A stretch of 63,992 nt of DNA, filler included, from Catajapyx aquilonaris (taxonomy: Eukaryota), in NCBI GenBank assembly GCA_000934665.2. It is 3 parts of 3 records of this genome, joined end to end, with 100 filler letters (N's around TTAATTAATTAA, not from the genome) between each part and the next. Parts side by side here need not be neighbours in the genome. Positions count along the whole stretch, not along the records: positions 43,254 to 63,992 come from KZ539495.1; 2 more parts are not named here. One strand, 5' to 3'. Below are positions 61,245 to 63,992 of the stretch, one piece after another. Under the pieces are notes generated by a model. That model saw only the letters and a program-made list of their open reading frames with translations. It was not told the DNA's origin and searched no databases. Position numbers and translations under genes: made by a program. Positions within the stretch are counted from its first letter, which is position 1, and the number at the start of each line of letters is the position of its first letter.

Positions 61245-61541
61245 NNCCACCACCACCACCCGGGTCATGCCTACCTTCAAAATATTCCGCAGGGGAATCA
61301 TGATCTGATATTTGGTCCCCTACTGCACTTTCATCTGGTACTGGTTCTGGCTCTGGAGCAGGCAGCTTTGGAGCTACTGAAACTTTCGGAGTTGCTTTCT
61401 TGGTGTAGCCTGTTTCATTCTTAAAATTGTGCACAGCATTCCTAAGGAATCTGTTTGGAATCAGTGTATCGGGAGAGACACCTTTCTCATGACAATCAGG
61501 GCATTCATGCTCTTCCGATTCCAAGAGAACAGTTCGGACAC
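47839..61541 (-). CDS. RBBP6: E3 ubiquitin ligase RBBP6/SNAMA, partial (end of RING through RS region)
   Basis: Phase-consistent exons 61541-61275, 60898-60517, (59504-about 59391, optional), 55174-54957, 51843-51807, 51730-51678, 51542-51492, 48968-48896, 48814-48467, 48347-48213, 48009-47839. Motifs VRTVLLESEEHECPDCHEKGVSPDTLIPNRFLRNAV, GTPTVDE, DDPLAVFQRLMKEKD, long RS tract. DWNN, zinc knuckle and C-terminus not found in the window. Confidence 0.92.
48213..48347 (-). CDS. RBBP6: RBBP6 exon (SRSHSPSRS...)
   Basis: Phase 2-2, strong splice sites. Confidence 0.88.
48467..48814 (-). CDS. RBBP6: RBBP6 RS-domain exon
   Basis: VIDDPLAVFQRLMKEKD followed by RS dipeptides. Confidence 0.92.
48896..48968 (-). 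CDS. RBBP6: RBBP6 small exon (RPYRGPPSGG...SSHG)
   Basis: ttccgcag acceptor; tgg|gtaaat donor gives the required phase 2. Confidence 0.72.
49421..50340. mobile_element. Tigger-type MITE interrupted by a SINE
   Basis: TA-CAGTAAGTACCCGTTTTATGC ... GCATAAAATGGATATACCTG-TA. Confidence 0.6.
49793..50150 (-). mobile_element. tRNA-derived SINE (third family), full length
   Basis: A and B boxes, AT-rich tail, 16-bp TSD ATGCATAATAAATATT (49777-49792, 50151-50166). Confidence 0.9.
50815..50925 (+). mobile_element. Degenerate SINE fragment (B box + V-like core)
   Basis: GTTCAATCCC ... GTGGGTTTCCTCAGGGTGCTTCC. Confidence 0.5.
51492..51542 (-). CDS. RBBP6: RBBP6 small exon (GHGSRSGHYRGPRGRGP)
   Basis: ttttccccag acceptor, ccc|gtgagt donor. 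Confidence 0.78.
51678..51730 (-). CDS. RBBP6: RBBP6 small exon (IGVPYEMVNHYHIDRHS)
   Basis: tttgcag acceptor, cag|gtaagc donor. Confidence 0.72.
51807..51843 (-). CDS. RBBP6: RBBP6 small exon (GMSRGLLNGPSS)
   Basis: Poly-T acceptor, aag|gtatgg donor; restores phase. Confidence 0.7.
52452..53220. mobile_element. Palindromic mariner-type MITE, arms about 290 bp
   Basis: TA-CGTGGGTTGTTTCAT ... ATGAAACAACCCTTG-TA. Confidence 0.9.
53261..53584. mobile_element. Tigger/pogo-type MITE
   Basis: TA-CACTGTACTCCCGATTATCCG ... CGGATAATCGGGAGTAGTG-TA; second copy at 62843. Confidence 0.85.
53588..54091. mobile_element. PIF/Harbinger (Tourist-like) MITE
   Basis: TAA TSD; 29-bp TIR GGGCCGGTTGCACCAGTCRCGGTATATGG. 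Confidence 0.88.
54601..54857. repeat. Palindromic element, arms about 110 bp
   Basis: GGGGGAGTTT.CCTACCCTTGA..CGGCGAAAAGTAAGTCGCAGAATTTCTGG and its reverse complement. Confidence 0.88.
54957..55174 (-). CDS. RBBP6: RBBP6 exon (PERPGTPTVDE...)
   Basis: tttgcag acceptor, gag|gtatgt donor. Confidence 0.85.
57207..57432. mobile_element. Palindromic CAGGGTG MITE nested in further elements (56878-57630)
   Basis: TA-CAGGGTGTTTCAG ... CTGAAACACACTG, arms about 105 bp; outer CAGGGTG ends near 57127 and 57515; TTAA-CCTGTTGAGG / CCTCAACAGG. Confidence 0.8.
58484..58675 (-). mobile_element. tRNA-derived SINE (third family), lacking the 3' end
   Basis: TGGCCGAGATGG A box, GGTTCGATCC B box. Confidence 0.85.
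58721..58786. repeat. 66-bp loopless palindrome
   Basis: Perfect 52-bp core centred on TGTACA (58751-58756). Confidence 0.92.
59391..59504 (-). CDS. RBBP6: Possible RBBP6 cassette exon (TNIKCIVGR...DRRAATR)
   Basis: ttttgcacag acceptor, open phase 2-2; donor weak and ambiguous. Confidence 0.45.
60517..60898 (-). CDS. RBBP6: RBBP6 exon (Pro/Ser-rich)
   Basis: Open frame, phase 1 in and 2 out, PPPDMSVPPP. Confidence 0.85.
61275..61541 (-). CDS. RBBP6: RBBP6 exon (C-terminal half of RING)
   Basis: LLESEEHECPDC...LIPNRFLR signature. Confidence 0.95.
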
Positions 61542-61883
61542 CTACAAATGAAAAGGAAAAGATTTTATATACAGGAATTATTATTCCTACTCATTTACAC
61601 ATGATTACAATGTAAGTTTATACACCATTTCCCTAAATTTACCCCAGATCTTATATGTGGAAATCTTGTGCACTCTCATGAATCAAGCTGACAATGATGA
61701 CTAATTGAAGACCTCAGGAGAAAAAACCATCAAGGTCCACCTGAGGCAAGGGGCTAACAACTCCCCAAAAAAGTGTACACCAGTTCCTGGAAGCCGGTTC
61801 CAAGGCAGTTCCAGGCCAGTTCCACAGGGACCCTGTACACCGGTTCCATGAAGTTGTTATCCCCTTGACCTGAGGTGAAACTG

Positions 61884-62416
61884 ACCAGGGAAGTGTAAGT
61901 GTTGTCCGTGGAGTTTCTGAATGAAACTTGGCACAATATTATAGGCAGGTAAGTTATTAAAGAAAATGCAAGCAATTTAGGCGGATGCCCACAAGGTGAA
62001 AAGTTATGACCTCTTGAACTCACAAGGGACACTTTCCAAGGTCTCACCGATTTTCTTTAAATTCGGTACATTGGTAGCCCACCCCAAGGGATGAAAAACG
62101 CACCCAAAGGGACCTGACCAAAATGACCTGGTGACCCCTTTTTGGGGGCTACCAATGCACCAAATTTCTAGAAAATGGGTGAGTTTTCAGCATTTAAGAG
62201 TTGACCTCTGCCCCCCAAAAAGGGGTCAACCAGGTCATTTTCGAATTTCAAGAAAATCGGTGAGACCTGGGAAAGTGTCCCTTGTGAGTTCAAGAGGTCA
62301 TAACTTTTGACCTTGTGGGCATCCGCCTAAATTGTTTGCATTTTAACTTACCTGCCTATATTATTGTGCCAAGTTTCATTCAGAAACTCCACGGACAACA
62401 CTTACACTTCCCTTGT
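61884..62416. repeat. Palindromic element, arms about 180 bp
   Basis: AGGGAAGTGTAAGTGTTGTCCGTGGAGTTTCTGAATG and its reverse complement; no clear TSD. Confidence 0.9.
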
Positions 62417-62842
62417 GAGATAATCCCATTTTAAATTTCGAAGGCCCATAAGGTTCCATTGTAAATCCCACTTTTAGGGCCTTCCAGAGTGACCTATGAT
62501 CATTACTCCACGACCCAACCATCATATTCTACACTAGGGAAAGTATCTTCTGAGATATGTAACGCATTTATTTGACAAAAAGTGGCCCGTAATCATCCTT
62601 CTCCCCCCCGGTCTTCAATTATGCAACACATCAGCACACTCTCAACAAGCTGCCAACTTGGCTTTGGAAAATACTAGTAACTTCTTATAGTATGCCATCA
62701 ACACCCCTGTTGTGCTGCAGAGACTGCCCCAAGGCCGAAATGAGTGTCTATAATCCAGATATGCCTTCCTCCCAGGGTATTTCATTTTTCAGAACAAGTT
62801 GAAAGCAGACTCCATTCCAGTGAACATGGCAGTTAGAGAATA

Positions 62843-63173
62843 CACTGTACTCCCAATTATCCAGGCTAATGACCGCATGGGGGTCACCAGATAATTGGAA
62901 AACACAGAAAATTGGAAAATGGTCCTAGGTACCAAATAAATGAGCTATTCCGAGGTTTTTCATATACTACTGTTCATAGTGTATGCTGCTTTATATCAGG
63001 TTTAATCAAAATAATAAATCTTACCATAGATTTTTAGTTTGTCTTCTAGAAAAAGTCTGTAATAGGTCTATTTCTTCATTTGTCAGATATATTGACTTTT
63101 TTTCTTACTTTTATTTTAATTTTATTTTCTGGCAATGCAAGGATAATCAGCACCCAGATAATTGGGAGTAGTG
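62843..63173. mobile_element. Tigger/pogo-type MITE (same family as 53261)
   Basis: TA-CACTGTACTCCCAATTATC ... GATAATTGGGAGTAGTG-TA. Confidence 0.82.
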
Positions 63174-63452
63174 TAGTACTGGAATCACAGGCCTTTGTTA
63201 GTTCCATTGTTGATATTCTTAACAGTCATTATCGCACATTGTGATGTATGTACCATTTTCTGGTGGAAACAAACTTATCATATGCCATGGGTTCAGGCTG
63301 GTAGCAAAAGTCAGGGATCAGTAACAGGTAGGAAAAACACACCAGTTCTTGCCCCCCAAGTCGGAAACACCATCCTCCACCCACCCTTTCATTCTTCGAG
63401 CCTAACATCTTCAAATTACCACAAAAATATCCATCCACGTGGCACTGTCAAT

Positions 63453-63992
63453 ACAGTAAAACCTGGATATAACGCTCCCACATTCAACGCTATCTTGCAT
63501 TTAACACAATTTTTTTCCTGGTCCCTTGATCAGCCCCATAAGGGTCTATGGTACATTTTCCAGCTTATAACACTTTCCACTTGTAACCCTTTCCCGTATA
63601 TGCCACTCAGTTTCCCTGGTCCCCTGAGACACTTATCCTACACTAACATCAAAAGTTGCATTGTGTGTAGAACTGTGTAGGGCAGTGGTTCCCAACCCTT
63701 GGGTCGCCAACACGGAGGAAGTGTGGGGTACTCGAAAGTAGGCTGGGAGTACGGGAGCGATTAGCAATTGACAACAAGCGATGAAAAACATAATTATTTT
63801 CCACCAGGGCCGGCCTTAGGGGGGGGCGAGCCGGGCGACCGCCCGGGGCGCCAAAGGGAAGGGGGCGCCGCGCATGATAAATTACTAATTCAGGATTTTT
63901 TTGGAAAAAGTGCTACTAATTTCATCAAATACACACCCATTCAAATCTCCCACATCTCACCTAATCTCCTCACCTCACCCCCAAAAAATTTC
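63453..63992 (+). mobile_element. Nested left ends of Tigger-type and hAT-type MITEs
   Basis: TA-CAGTAAAACCTGGATATAACG (about 63453), CAGTGGTTCCCAACC (about 63683), CAGGGCCGGCCTTAG (about 63804); right ends not in the window. Confidence 0.6.

Noticed and set aside
63229..63438. Minus-strand ORF considered as an upstream RBBP6 exon
   Set aside because: Lacks the expected RING, zinc-knuckle or DWNN residues.

Overview
Eukaryotic, most likely arthropod, genomic DNA. The window is three unrelated scaffolds joined by artificial 100-bp linkers (N44-TTAATTAATTAA-N44 at 21491-21590 and 43154-43253). Segment 1 (1-21490) has the 3' nine exons of a DC-STAMP/DCST1 (sneaky-like) gene on +, and a convergent, complete 10-exon eIF4E-binding Mextli gene on - (496 aa). 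Segment 2 (21591-43153) is almost all intron, with one Ig exon of a sidestep/nephrin-like gene and a GC-rich island carrying CTCF-like and promoter motifs. Segment 3 (43254-63992) holds the middle exons of RBBP6/SNAMA on -. Non-coding DNA is very rich in non-autonomous elements: long-armed palindromic TA-CAGGGTG Tc1/mariner MITEs, Tigger-, piggyBac-, Harbinger- and hAT-type MITEs, DINE-1/HINE-like elements, and three tRNA-SINE families sharing a covarying 3' stem-loop. All calls come from manual reading and translation; no database search was run.
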